Origin: Candidatus Levyibacteriota bacterium
GTDB taxonomy: Bacteria; Patescibacteriota; Microgenomatia; Levybacterales; UBA12049
Reading direction: 5' to 3'
Length of the DNA stretch: 64,000 nucleotides
Assembly: GCA_016186645.1 (NCBI GenBank)
Contig: JACPLF010000003.1
Location: 4,112-68,111 of the forward strand
The notes under the pieces are model-generated. The model was not told the DNA's origin, did no database searches, and saw nothing but the letters and a program-made list of their open reading frames with translations. Numbering within the stretch: position 1 is the stretch's first letter; every line of letters begins with the position of its first letter. This document shows, in pieces, positions 42,627 through 52,197 of this stretch. The position numbers and the translations under genes are program-made.

Positions 42627-45278
42627 ATGACACCTGAAGCACAACCTGCAATTTTAAATGGTGAGGCAATACATCAAGAGTTTCCTCTGACTGTTTTCCT
42701 GGAAGACAAAAGAGCAAAAAGCGTAGATATTGTAGGCGGAAAAGCAGCAAGCCTTGCAGAGCTTGGTACGATCCCCGGTATAAAAGTCCCCGAAGCTTTT
42801 GTCATAACGACTTCTCTGTCAGCTGAGATTCTAGTACAAAACCCCGACATAAAAGCAGGAATTGAGGGTTTGGATGAAATGTCTGCTAGGTGGTTAAAAG
42901 CCACATTAACTGAAGATAACGAAGGAGCAGAAGCTTTGGAAAAGCAGATAACAGCTGCGGGCGACGCGTTGAAAAAAAAGATGGGAATTGCAAAAATCCC
43001 GGATTCAGCCCAACGCCAAATTGAAGAAGAATACGATCAATTATGCAAAAGGGTTGGGAAAGAAAATGTAGCTGTTGCAGTCCGCAGTTCAGGCATATCT
43101 GAAGATAGTAGAGATAATAGCTTTGCCGGACAATATGATTCTTTTCTTCATCAACAGGGGAAAGAAGAAGTTTTAGATGCTATTAAAAAATGCTTAGCTT
43201 CTCAATTTACAGATAGAGCAATCGAATATAGAAATGGAGGAAGACTTAAAATCTCCCAGGAGGAATTGGCGGACAATAAAGATATTGATACTGCAATTAA
43301 AGCAAGCGAAAGACTTTCTCACGCGGAGTCAAAATTAGCAGTTATTGTTCAAGAAATGGTAAATGCATCTAGCGCAGGAGTAGGTTTTTCAGTTGACTCA
43401 AAAAGCGGCGCTCCATTTATACATATTGATATAAATTATGGTTTGGGCGAATCGGTCGTAAGCGGGAGTGTAAGTCCGGATTCTTACGACATTGATCCCG
43501 AGACAGGTGCAATAGTTGGCCGTAATCTAGGAGGTAAAGAAGTAAGAACATCATATGTGCGGAGAGGAACAGAAGAGGTTAAAGTTGCGGAGCAAGACAG
43601 AAATAGATTTGTTCTTACAGACGAACAAGCTAAAAAATTAGCGGGCAAAATTGCAGCCATAAGAGAGGTTTATGGCAGAGAAGTTGATACTGAATTCGCA
43701 ATAGATTCCCAAGGAGAAATTTATTTTCTTCAAGCAAGACCCGAAACTATTGCATCAAACAAAGACGATAGGATAGTGGAAATGCGAAGAAAAATCGTTC
43801 CCGAAGAAGTCGCTGAAAAGGAAGAACCGATTTTTAAAGGAGGTATAACTGGATGTCCGGGAGTTGCAACGGGAATTGTTGTTGTTGCTAATACCATGGA
43901 TGAGGCAAAAATGGTAATTGAAGCACGTGAAAATAGAAATAGGAAGATTATTTTGGTGACTGAAAGAACAGATCCTGATTGGGTTTCTCTGATGAGAGAC
44001 CTTGGAGGTATTGTTACTAGAGTTGGAGGAGCAACATGTCATGCGGCAATTGTAAGCCGAGAACTTGAACTTCCATGCATCGTAGGTGCAGGCGACACAA
44101 CTGAACTTGCTAAACATAAAGGTCAGTTAATTACGTTAGACGCGAACGAACGGAGAATTTATAAAGGTGAGCTTTCTCTTAAGGAAGTAGGGGAAGATAT
44201 TGACGTTGCCGAGCTTTTAGGAAGTCCAACTAAAACTCCGATAGGACTTATTATTTCCAATCCGGACATGGCAAGAAAAATGCACGCGTTATCAGAACTT
44301 GGGCCAAATTTTATGATTTCACTTTTGCGCATAGAATTTCTGTTGGAGGATATTGGCGTACATGTCAACGCATTGGTTGATTTTGACAAAGGAAAAATTT
44401 CACCAGATTCTGATCTATTTAAAAGAATTGCAGAAAAGATTGCCGGATATGGCAGCGGAGAAGAATATTTCAAAACAAAACTTACAGAAGGCATAGCAGC
44501 TTTTGCCGCGTTGTTTCCCAATAGTCCTATAACTTTAAGAACTACTGATTTTAAGACCAATGAATATGGGAGTTTAATTGGCGGAAATGAATATGAGTCT
44601 GAAGAAGCCAATCCTATGATGGGATGGAGAGGTTTGGTCCGATCCTTGTCTCCTGAAAATAGAGAAGCATTTAAATGGGAATTGAAGGCAATTAAGAAAG
44701 CTCGTGAAATGGGGTATAAAAATATTAAATTAATGTTCCCGGTAGTCCGCGATCCCAAAGAATTAACAGGAGATCCGGAACTTGATGCAATAGGTTTTAA
44801 GGGAGCTTTTGAAATTATGCAAGAGGTTGGGATGGGCAAAGGCGTAGATGGCTTGAAAGTTGGAATAATGGTAGAAGTTCCAACTAACGCCGTAAGAATA
44901 CGTGACTTTATTGATGCAGGTATTGATTTTGTTTCTTTTGGAACAAATGACCTTACTCAGTTTACTTTGGCAGCAGACAGAGATAATGAGAAAATTCAAA
45001 GTCTTTCTTGGTACGGAGAAACAAATCCCGCTGTAGTTAGTTTGGTCAAGGAAGTAATAAGGGTATGTAAAGAGCGCGGGATAGAAACAGGAATTTGCGG
45101 CCAAGCTCCATCCAACAAACCTGAATTTGCCAAAATGCTAATTGAAGAGGGCATAGGATCAATCGGAGTAATGCCCGATATGTTCCTGCCAACACATAGA
45201 CTTACAGGGGAAGTGGAGCAGAGTCGGAAAGTTCAGGCCACCTCAACCCCCACGAGAGTTGAGTTTATGAACCGCTGA
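42627..45278 (+). CDS. ppsA: PEP-utilising enzyme: phosphoenolpyruvate synthase / pyruvate phosphate dikinase-like
   Basis: ATP-grasp N-terminus (VGGKAASLAEL), phospho-His GGATCHAAIVSRELELPCIVG, C-terminal GTNDLTQFTLAADRDN. Confidence 0.6.
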   Translation: MTPEAQPAILNGEAIHQEFPLTVFLEDKRAKSVDIVGGKAASLAELGTIPGIKVPEAFVITTSLSAEILVQNPDIKAGIEGLDEMSARWLKATLTEDNEGAEALEKQITAAGDALKKKMGIAKIPDSAQRQIEEEYDQLCKRVGKENVAVAVRSSGISEDSRDNSFAGQYDSFLHQQGKEEVLDAIKKCLASQFTDRAIEYRNGGRLKISQEELADNKDIDTAIKASERLSHAESKLAVIVQEMVNASSAGVGFSVDSKSGAPFIHIDINYGLGESVVSGSVSPDSYDIDPETGAIVGRNLGGKEVRTSYVRRGTEEVKVAEQDRNRFVLTDEQAKKLAGKIAAIREVYGREVDTEFAIDSQGEIYFLQARPETIASNKDDRIVEMRRKIVPEEVAEKEEPIFKGGITGCPGVATGIVVVANTMDEAKMVIEARENRNRKIILVTERTDPDWVSLMRDLGGIVTRVGGATCHAAIVSRELELPCIVGAGDTTELAKHKGQLITLDANERRIYKGELSLKEVGEDIDVAELLGSPTKTPIGLIISNPDMARKMHALSELGPNFMISLLRIEFLLEDIGVHVNALVDFDKGKISPDSDLFKRIAEKIAGYGSGEEYFKTKLTEGIAAFAALFPNSPITLRTTDFKTNEYGSLIGGNEYESEEANPMMGWRGLVRSLSPENREAFKWELKAIKKAREMGYKNIKLMFPVVRDPKELTGDPELDAIGFKGAFEIMQEVGMGKGVDGLKVGIMVEVPTNAVRIRDFIDAGIDFVSFGTNDLTQFTLAADRDNEKIQSLSWYGETNPAVVSLVKEVIRVCKERGIETGICGQAPSNKPEFAKMLIEEGIGSIGVMPDMFLPTHRLTGEVEQSRKVQATSTPTRVEFMNR

Positions 45279-45557
45279 TTTTTGGCAAAACCTTTAGACT
45301 TTTTGAAGCAGGGAGTTTTGGAGGAGTTGGTCTGTTTTTGTTTGCACCTGAGTTAGAATCTCAACCATCTTTTCAAAAATCTCAAAACTCGGTCTCATCT
45401 TTGCTGTTGACCTTAAATATTTTCTGTCTTCTTCGCTCATATTAAAAACATTTTATATTATATTTTCTCGTCCGGCTTGACACGATTCGGACATTTCCAA
45501 GACAGCTTTTATTTTTTAATTATTTTTGGTATACTTTCTCTAGAAGTAGGTGAGAAA

Positions 45558-45941
45558 ATGAAAAAACAGCGGACAATAGAATGGATTTTACGGCTTGCTG
45601 TTGCCGGCGAATTTATTGGACATGGAGTTTTTGCTATTCAAGGAAAAAAGCAATGGATCGGCTGGTTTTCAAATTTTGGAATTTCTGACGTAGGAATCGC
45701 GACACAACTTTTGTTTTTGATTGGCGTAATGGATGTATTTCTTGCAATTCTTATTTTGATAAAGCCAATTCGCGGCGCACTCCTCTGGATGACATTTTGG
45801 GGGTTTTGGACCGCTCTCATAAGACCACTGGTGGGTGAGCCAATATGGGATTTTATTGAGAGATGGGCAAACTGGGGAGCGCCATTGGCACTGCTCTATA
45901 TTGTAGGATTTCCAAAGTCTATAAAGGACTTGATAAGCTAA
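45558..45941 (+). CDS. small integral membrane protein (DoxX-like)
   Basis: SD AGGTGAG; three or four TM helices. Confidence 0.5.
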   Translation: MKKQRTIEWILRLAVAGEFIGHGVFAIQGKKQWIGWFSNFGISDVGIATQLLFLIGVMDVFLAILILIKPIRGALLWMTFWGFWTALIRPLVGEPIWDFIERWANWGAPLALLYIVGFPKSIKDLIS

Positions 45942-46038
45942 GATGAAAATTTACACTTGCCCGATACTCCCATAAATCCAAATTGCTTTTGAGATAAAAT
46001 TCCCCAACTCCACATTTGAATTTGATAGAATAAGGTAA

Positions 46039-46761
46039 ATGGGGATTTTATTTTTTGCATCAGCTTTTATTTCAGAAATAATAGGGACAGTAGCGGGATT
46101 TGGATCTTCAACTGTTTTTTTACCTTTAGCGCTTTTGTTTTTTGATTTCAAAACCGCATTGATTCTGGTTGCTTTATTTCATGTTTTTGGAAATTTTGGA
46201 AGAATCAGTTTTTTTAGACATGGATTAGGTAAACGCACGCTCCTAATTTTTGGAATTCCCAGTGTGGTTCTTACTTTTCTAGGCGCATTATTAGTTAACT
46301 ATACCCCTCAAGATTTCTTAAAAGGCATTCTTGGAGTTTTTCTTGCAATTTATTCGATATTGTTTTTGTACAAAGATGATTTGAAAATAAAACAATCTCT
46401 TTCAAGCTCCATAATTGGAGGGGGACTATCGGGTTTTTTGGCTGGTCTTATAGGAACAGGGGGAGCCTTAAGAGGAGCATTTTTAACAGCTTTTGGATTA
46501 TCTAAAGAAAAATATATTGCAACAGCCGCGGCAATAGCGCTGGCAGTGGATTTTACAAGAATTCCTGTATATTTTGCACAGGGATTTTTGAACAGGGAAT
46601 TTTATGCGTACATTCCATTCTTGTTTGCAGTTGCGCTTGCAGGATCATTTACGGGGAAACAGATAATTAAAAAAGTTCCTCAAAAAAAGTTCAAGAAGAT
46701 AGTTCTAGTCGCAATTTTAATAGTCGGAATTAAATTCGTATACGATTTTCTGTCCCACTGA
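46039..46761 (+). CDS. TauE/SafE (DUF81) family anion exporter
   Basis: Duplicated 4-TM repeats with GAGGGxL motifs. Preceded by AAATTCCCCAAC and a TGATAGAAT -10. Confidence 0.75.
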   Translation: MGILFFASAFISEIIGTVAGFGSSTVFLPLALLFFDFKTALILVALFHVFGNFGRISFFRHGLGKRTLLIFGIPSVVLTFLGALLVNYTPQDFLKGILGVFLAIYSILFLYKDDLKIKQSLSSSIIGGGLSGFLAGLIGTGGALRGAFLTAFGLSKEKYIATAAAIALAVDFTRIPVYFAQGFLNREFYAYIPFLFAVALAGSFTGKQIIKKVPQKKFKKIVLVAILIVGIKFVYDFLSH

Positions 46762-46793
46762 AGGCGGTGAAATTCCCCAACCCATCCAGATTT

Positions 46794-46802
46794 TGCTATA
46801 AT
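46794..46802 (+). promoter_or_regulatory. extended -10 TGCTATAAT, 6 nt upstream of the ATG at 46809 (leaderless NYN transcript)
   Basis: The same architecture occurs at 2699-2707(-), 9979-9987, 39552-39560, 47452-47460, 48927-48935 and 41385-41393. Confidence 0.55.
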
Positions 46803-46808
46803 TTTATT

Positions 46809-47309
46809 ATGAGTTTTAAAACTTACGCTTTTATTGATGCTTCAAATATAATTTACGGAACCCGTGATGAAGGATGGAAAGTAGATTTTAAAAAAATGAT
46901 AAAGTACCTTAAGGAACGTTTCAAATGCCGAAAAGTTTACTATTTTGCAGGTTTTGAGAAAAATAATATTAAACAAAGGAATTTTTATAAAATTTTGGAA
47001 AAGTTAGGATACGAATTGATACTCAAAAAAGTTAAAATTTATCGTCAGCCGGATGGGGGAACAACTAGAAAAGCGAATTGTGATGTTGACTTGACTTTTT
47101 ACGCCATGAGAGACATTGACCTGTTTGATAGAGCGATATTCTTTTCCGGGGATGGGGATTTTGAAATACTTCTTAAGCACTTCATTAAAATGAAGAAAGA
47201 TGTACGCGTATTTGCCAATGCAAAAAGAACAGCACGGGGAATAAAAAAGCTAAAAGGAATTCAGTTTAATGACCTTGGCGTTTTAAAGGAGACAATCAAA
47301 AGGAAATAA
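46809..47309 (+). CDS. NYN-domain (LabA-like) protein
   Basis: YAFIDASNI...CDVDLTFYAMRD...FFSGDGDFEIL. AAATTCCCCAAC at 46770-46781 and TGCTATAAT at 46794-46802. Confidence 0.7.
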   Translation: MSFKTYAFIDASNIIYGTRDEGWKVDFKKMIKYLKERFKCRKVYYFAGFEKNNIKQRNFYKILEKLGYELILKKVKIYRQPDGGTTRKANCDVDLTFYAMRDIDLFDRAIFFSGDGDFEILLKHFIKMKKDVRVFANAKRTARGIKKLKGIQFNDLGVLKETIKRK

Positions 47310-47316
47310 AAAAAGG

Positions 47317-47346
47317 CGGAGATTACGAACATCGCCGCCTTACGTT
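47317..47346 (+). terminator. probable intrinsic terminator after the NYN gene
   Basis: aaggcgg...ccgcctt stem followed by ACGTTTT. Confidence 0.4.
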
Positions 47347-47466
47347 TTATAAACCTATATTAACATAGTAGTACTTAAAAATCAATAGGTGAAAACTTCC
47401 AGGTGAGAGATAAAATTCCCAACCCAATCCCATCTCTTAAATCCAAAATTCTGCTATAATCTTTTT

Positions 47467-48195
47467 ATGAATTTGTCTGTGAGTTGGAAAAGTAATTACA
47501 AGCTACCCCTGAGTTTTATAGTATTTTTTGTGCTGATGTTTTTCTTCATAGGAGAGCAGCTTGTGGCATTACCAATTTATTTAATTGGTCCGGGAATTGG
47601 TGGGGAAGGTCCCGATAAGCTTCATATACTGGATTTGGCTCTACGTGACGGGTTGCTGCATCGTCCGTTTGCCTACCTTATTATTGGCACAGTAATTTGG
47701 ATTCTGTATAGAATATTTACGTGGCCACTGGCTTGGTTTATAGGTGCGGCTCTTTGGATATTGGAACAACAGACATTAACCCCGCTTGATCAGCGCCCGA
47801 CACTTATTAATGCAATAGTCTTTACATCTACTTTCTGGGTTCTCCTTACATTAGCTCCATATTTTGTTTTTAGGTGGGTGGATAAAAAATGGGAAAGAGT
47901 AGGCAGGAAAAATATCATCTTAATTATGTTTTTAATAAATCTTTTGCTTTTTGGATTTTTTGCATATCAAATTTATGTTCTGCATAACTCATATCGTGGT
48001 TTCCATAAAGATAAAGGCCAGCAAGGCTCATCAGATTCTGTGCGAGTGCTGCCTCCAAATACCTGTCCTGACCGTTTGATTACAAAAAAAGGCAAACAAA
48101 CAGTTATCTATTGGGATGAAAGGACTCTTCCGGTATCTGCCGATGAACAAAAATGGGTGGAGCAAAATTGCCCGGGAGCGATAGAAAGTAATTAA
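47467..48195 (+). CDS. hypothetical polytopic membrane protein with a Cys-containing C-terminal domain
   Basis: AAAATTCCCAACCC at 47412-47425. TGCTATAAT at 47452-47460, 6 nt before the ATG. Confidence 0.5.
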   Translation: MNLSVSWKSNYKLPLSFIVFFVLMFFFIGEQLVALPIYLIGPGIGGEGPDKLHILDLALRDGLLHRPFAYLIIGTVIWILYRIFTWPLAWFIGAALWILEQQTLTPLDQRPTLINAIVFTSTFWVLLTLAPYFVFRWVDKKWERVGRKNIILIMFLINLLLFGFFAYQIYVLHNSYRGFHKDKGQQGSSDSVRVLPPNTCPDRLITKKGKQTVIYWDERTLPVSADEQKWVEQNCPGAIESN

Positions 48196-48198
48196 TTC

Positions 48199-48207
48199 TG
48201 CTATAAT
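48199..48207 (+). promoter_or_regulatory. orphan TGCTATAAT promoter copy with no + strand ORF downstream; would read antisense into the PIN toxin gene
   Basis: ctgctataatcttct is identical to the ychF promoter core at 48927-48941. Confidence 0.35.
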
Positions 48208-48211
48208 CTTC

Positions 48212-48607
48212 TCACAACAGTTTCAAAAAGTTTTTTGGGGAGATGATTTTTGTTTTTTTATAATTTCCAAGTTTCAATACCAGTTTGTCTCCGCTTATTA
48301 AATAATCTGCTGTGGATTCCTCTGCCAGCTCCAAAAGAAAATTGTCCTGGGGATCTTTGCATATGGAAATCTTCTTTTTGGGAATAAATTTTTCGGTATT
48401 GATATCTAATGCTTCTTCAATGATTTTCAACGATTGATTTGATAAGAAAAATTTATTTTTTAGTTTGCTGATAATCTCTGTTTTCAACTCCGGTGATAGG
48501 CAGAATATGTATTTTTTATTTATCCATGCTTCAATTATTTTCCGGGGATTTCCGCCAAATAAAAAACCCGAAATAAATACATTCGTATCTACGACAACTT
48601 TATGCAT
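48212..48607 (-). CDS. PIN-domain protein (toxin of a Phd/PIN pair)
   Basis: VVVDTNVFISG...LISGDKLVL. Confidence 0.75.
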   Translation of the reverse strand: MHKVVVDTNVFISGFLFGGNPRKIIEAWINKKYIFCLSPELKTEIISKLKNKFFLSNQSLKIIEEALDINTEKFIPKKKISICKDPQDNFLLELAEESTADYLISGDKLVLKLGNYKKTKIISPKNFLKLL

Positions 48608-48863
48608 TTTTTATGATCGAGTAGGCATCCTTTTCAAAGCGGGGAGTACGTAGTGATTTTTTTCTAAGATATTGTTTAAATTTTTTCTCTCCTTCACGGA
48701 AAATTTCTTTGAATTTGAGTTGAAAAAGCTGGTCGTAGGGATAGACAACTACAGAAGGATTGCTGTCTTGTACTATAACAACAGGTTCTTTTGTAGCTTT
48801 TATTTGCTCAATAAGCTTTGCCAGGCTATTCCTCGCATCGGTAATACTTATGATCTGTAACAT
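48600..48863 (-). CDS. Phd/YefM-family antitoxin
   Basis: ISITDARNSLAKLIEQIKATKEPVVIV. Minus-strand TTGACA-N17-TATAAT promoter (48896-48901 and 48873-48878) 9 nt before this ATG. Confidence 0.7.
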   Translation of the reverse strand: MLQIISITDARNSLAKLIEQIKATKEPVVIVQDSNPSVVVYPYDQLFQLKFKEIFREGEKKFKQYLRKKSLRTPRFEKDAYSIIKNA

Positions 48864-48943
48864 ACATAGTACATTATATGGTACATTATGCGTTTTGTCA
48901 AGCGGCATTTTTAAATTCCAAAATTTTGCTATAATCTTCTGAT

Positions 48944-50059
48944 ATGAATTTGAGCGTTGGAATTATAGGGTTACCTAACGTTGGGAAAAGTACTTTGTTT
49001 AATGCGCTGCTGAAAAAACAGCAAGCATTTGTTGCGAATTATCCTTTTGCAACAATTGAGCCAAATGTTGGGATAGTGCCGGTGCCGGATGAACGTCTAA
49101 ATAAATTAGCGGAAATTACAAAAATTGAGGCAAAAATGTCAGAACTTCCGCCCATTAAACCCGCGACAGTGAATTTTGTAGATATTGCAGGTTTGGTAAA
49201 AGGCGCTAGTGAAGGCGCGGGGTTGGGAAATAAATTTTTGTCCCACATCAGGGAGGTTTCGATAATCGCTCATGTAGTCCGTGCGTTTGAGGATCCTAAT
49301 ATTATTCGGGAAGGAAGTGTTGGTCCAAAGGAAGATTATGAAGCGATCGAAACGGAGCTCATTCTGGCGGATCTACAAACTATCGAAGCCGCGCAAAGCC
49401 GCGTTAAAAGATTTGCAAGAGAAACGGAAAAATCAGCAATTGAAAAATTGTTTAAAGGTCTTAATGAAGGAAAACCGGCAAGAGAAATTATTTTAACACC
49501 GGAGGAGCAAGAATTTGCCAAAACATTTTTTCTTCTTTCTGGTAAACTCGAATTAATTGTATTAAACGTCGAGGAAAAAGATTATAACGAAAAATCAATC
49601 GAAGCGATTACTCAAAAATATAAGGAGATGCTGAAACAAGTTCAGCATGACAACGAAGAAAATATAGTTGTAATTTGCGCAAAGATCGAGTCGGACCTAT
49701 CGGAATTGTCAGAGGCAGAGCAGAAAGAATATCTGCAAGGATTGGGATTAAAAACTTCGGGGCTTGAAAGACTTATTCAAAAAGCATATCAGACATTGGG
49801 ATTAATTTCGTTTTTAACAGCAGGTGAAAAAGAAGTGCGTGCTTGGACCATTGAAAAAGGCATTAAAGCAGTTGATGCGGCCGGCGTAATTCACACGGAT
49901 TTTACAAAAAACTTTATAAAAGCAGAAGTTGTTGCATGCGAAGACTTTATAGGTTTAGGGGGTTGGAAAAAATCAAGAGAGTTAGGAAAAGCGTGCCTTG
50001 AAGGCCGGGATTACATCATGCAAGACGGAGATGTGGTTGAATTTAAAATTGGATCTTAA
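48944..50059 (+). CDS. ychF: ribosome-binding ATPase YchF
   Basis: GLPNVGKSTLFNAL..., TGS domain at the C-terminus. TGCTATAAT at 48927-48935. Confidence 0.9.
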   Translation: MNLSVGIIGLPNVGKSTLFNALLKKQQAFVANYPFATIEPNVGIVPVPDERLNKLAEITKIEAKMSELPPIKPATVNFVDIAGLVKGASEGAGLGNKFLSHIREVSIIAHVVRAFEDPNIIREGSVGPKEDYEAIETELILADLQTIEAAQSRVKRFARETEKSAIEKLFKGLNEGKPAREIILTPEEQEFAKTFFLLSGKLELIVLNVEEKDYNEKSIEAITQKYKEMLKQVQHDNEENIVVICAKIESDLSELSEAEQKEYLQGLGLKTSGLERLIQKAYQTLGLISFLTAGEKEVRAWTIEKGIKAVDAAGVIHTDFTKNFIKAEVVACEDFIGLGGWKKSRELGKACLEGRDYIMQDGDVVEFKIGS

Positions 50060-50071
50060 GCTTTACTGCAG

Positions 50072-50530
50072 TTAGCTTTCGCGAGGAATTTCTCGAACAG
50101 CTCTTCCTTGTAGCGAAGAGGGTGAGGGATTAAGTTTTGCACCAACTGGTGCAAATTCTTGTGGAGGCGCATCATCATTTTCAACTCTGAAAGTTACTTC
50201 TCTTTTTCCATTTTTAGCTTTGAACGTAACTGAATTATCTCCATTTGGGAATATCGGAAAGCTACGCATCTGGTTGGGAACAACTTGTATCTTTTCACCG
50301 GATGCGTTGTATATTTCTATTGGCTTTTTTCCTATCCATACTACTACAACTGCTGAGTGGCCGACTTCTTCGACTTGGACGTCTGCGACTTGTATCTCGC
50401 CGAACATAGGGTCATTGATGATTACTCTGCTTTTGTCAAACACTACGTTTCCCCTTTTAATAATAATGGGTTCTTTCGTCTTTTGCCAAAAGTGTCCTGT
50501 TGGTCTTTCAATTGTTTCAGATACCACCAT
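50072..50530 (-). CDS. hypothetical protein (152 aa) inside a small insertion at the ychF 3' end
   Basis: ORF track. Flanked by ychF terminus copies at 50015-50059 and 50565-50608. Confidence 0.45.
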   Translation of the reverse strand: MVVSETIERPTGHFWQKTKEPIIIKRGNVVFDKSRVIINDPMFGEIQVADVQVEEVGHSAVVVVWIGKKPIEIYNASGEKIQVVPNQMRSFPIFPNGDNSVTFKAKNGKREVTFRVENDDAPPQEFAPVGAKLNPSPSSLQGRAVREIPRES

Positions 50531-50564
50531 ATCCCATACTTGGATTGTAGATCAAAAAAATTCT

Positions 50565-50608
50565 TAATGCAAGATGGGGAAGTAGTTGAGTTTAAAATCG
50601 GGCGCTAA
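50565..50608 (+). other. diverged duplicate of the ychF 3' terminus (encodes LMQDGEVVEFKIGR-stop)
   Basis: About 70% nucleotide and 11/13 aa identity to the ychF end at 50015-50059. Confidence 0.6.
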
Positions 50609-50673
50609 TTATCTATAAATTTCTACCTTTGGACTATTGACAAAATTACCCGATCGGAGGAAAATGTCTGTAG

Positions 50674-51306
50674 ATGGACAATGACAAAATAGACCAATTA
50701 GCAAAAATATTAGTTCGTAAAATAGATAAAGAAGTTTTTGAGAGAAAATATGCGCCCGTTAAAACAATCCTGAAGCTCGTTGGCGCCGGAGCGTTTTTAA
50801 TGGCTGCTATGATTATGCCAGGTTTGCCTTTGGCGCTCAAGCCATTTATGGATGAAAAAAGAAAAGAAGAGTATGAAGTCTGGAAGAGATTTAATATACC
50901 TTATCTAAAAAGAACGCTATTGAGATTGGAAAAGCAAAAGTTAGTTGAAATAGCAGATGAAGACAGTAGGCAAGTTGTTAAGATTACCAATCAAGGAAAA
51001 CAAAAAATTATTAAGATGGCACTGGATGAACTTACTGTTGAAAAACCGAAAATATGGGACGGAAAATGGAGACTTGTTAGTTTTGATTTACCTGAAACTA
51101 AGGCTCAACAAAGAAAAAGATTCGTAGAGTATTTGAGCGTGTGGGGGTTTTACCCCCTACATAAAAGTGTTTATTTACATGCTTATCCTTGTTTTAAGCA
51201 AGTAGAGTTTCTGAGAGAATATATGAATGTTGGAGAGTACGTCAGGAATTTTACCGTATCTAAAATAGAAAACGATAAATTATTCAAAGATTTTTTTGGA
51301 GTCTAG
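50674..51306 (+). CDS. hypothetical 210-aa protein with a Cas2/VapD-like (PaaX-like) segment; flanked by about 30-bp direct repeats
   Basis: WRLVSFDLPETKAQQRKRFVEYLSVWGFYPLHKSVY follows the Cas2 beta-alpha-beta pattern. Repeats at 50637-50668 and 51310-51342 share AATTACCCGATCGG. Confidence 0.4.
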   Translation: MDNDKIDQLAKILVRKIDKEVFERKYAPVKTILKLVGAGAFLMAAMIMPGLPLALKPFMDEKRKEEYEVWKRFNIPYLKRTLLRLEKQKLVEIADEDSRQVVKITNQGKQKIIKMALDELTVEKPKIWDGKWRLVSFDLPETKAQQRKRFVEYLSVWGFYPLHKSVYLHAYPCFKQVEFLREYMNVGEYVRNFTVSKIENDKLFKDFFGV

Positions 51307-51444
51307 CTCTGGACAGAATTACCCGATCGGCGAAATTTGTCCAGATTGAAGATATTTAATTTAATTAAAGATATTTGTAAAATATAAATATAGCTGTATG
51401 AATATAAGCGTAAGTGTAAAATGTGATTTGGGAAAATATAAACT

Positions 51445-52149
51445 GTGAATATGATAGATAAACTTAGAAAAGAGATTAAGAAAGCGGCAGATCCTAAGAA
51501 GGCGGAAGTTTCGCAGAGGTTTTTCAAGACAGGGAGGGGAGAATATGCGGAAGGGGATGTATTTTTAGGAATCACAGTTCCGGAGTCTCGCAAAATTGCA
51601 ATTAAGTTTAAAGATATTTCTTTTACCGAAATTGTTAAGCTTCTCAGATCAAAAATTCATGAAGAAAGATTAATTGCGCTTCTGGTCCTCGTTAATAATT
51701 TTAATATGGGTGATGAAAAGATGCAGGAAAAGATTTATAAATTTTATCTGAAAAATATAAAATATATAAATAACTGGGATTTTGTTGATTTGTCCGCGGA
51801 TAAAATAGTAGGCGGCTATTTGATTAGAAAACAAAAGGATATATTATTTAGACTAGCAAAATCGAAAAATATTTGGAAAAGAAGAATTTCAATAATTGCA
51901 ACTTATTATTTCATTAAAAACAATAAGTTTGAGGAAACCTTAAAAATTTCAGAGATTTTACTTTTTGATAACCATGATTTAATCCAAAAAGCAGTTGGAT
52001 GGATGCTTAGAGAAGTCGGCAATAGGGATTTGAAAATGGAAATTGGGTTTTTGAATAAACATTACAAAAAAATGCCCCGCACCATGCTTCGCTACGCCAT
52101 CGAAAAATTCCCTAAGAAGCATAGAATGTTATATTTGAAGAGAAATTGA
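51445..52149 (+). CDS. alkD: DNA alkylation repair enzyme (AlkD/HEAT-repeat family)
   Basis: Tandem HEAT-like helical repeats consistent with the AlkD family fold. Confidence 0.7.
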   Translation: MNMIDKLRKEIKKAADPKKAEVSQRFFKTGRGEYAEGDVFLGITVPESRKIAIKFKDISFTEIVKLLRSKIHEERLIALLVLVNNFNMGDEKMQEKIYKFYLKNIKYINNWDFVDLSADKIVGGYLIRKQKDILFRLAKSKNIWKRRISIIATYYFIKNNKFEETLKISEILLFDNHDLIQKAVGWMLREVGNRDLKMEIGFLNKHYKKMPRTMLRYAIEKFPKKHRMLYLKRN

Positions 52150-52197
52150 GCTTTTAAGCCTTGCTTTTTGGGCTGAAAATGTGCTAGGATTGTTTCG

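Noticed and set aside
44159-44839. 226-aa minus ORF inside the ppsA-like gene
   Set aside because: Antisense to a well-supported 883-aa enzyme gene with conserved motifs throughout.
51303-51593. 96-aa minus ORF
   Set aside because: Overlaps the alkD start region on the other strand. Low-complexity translation.
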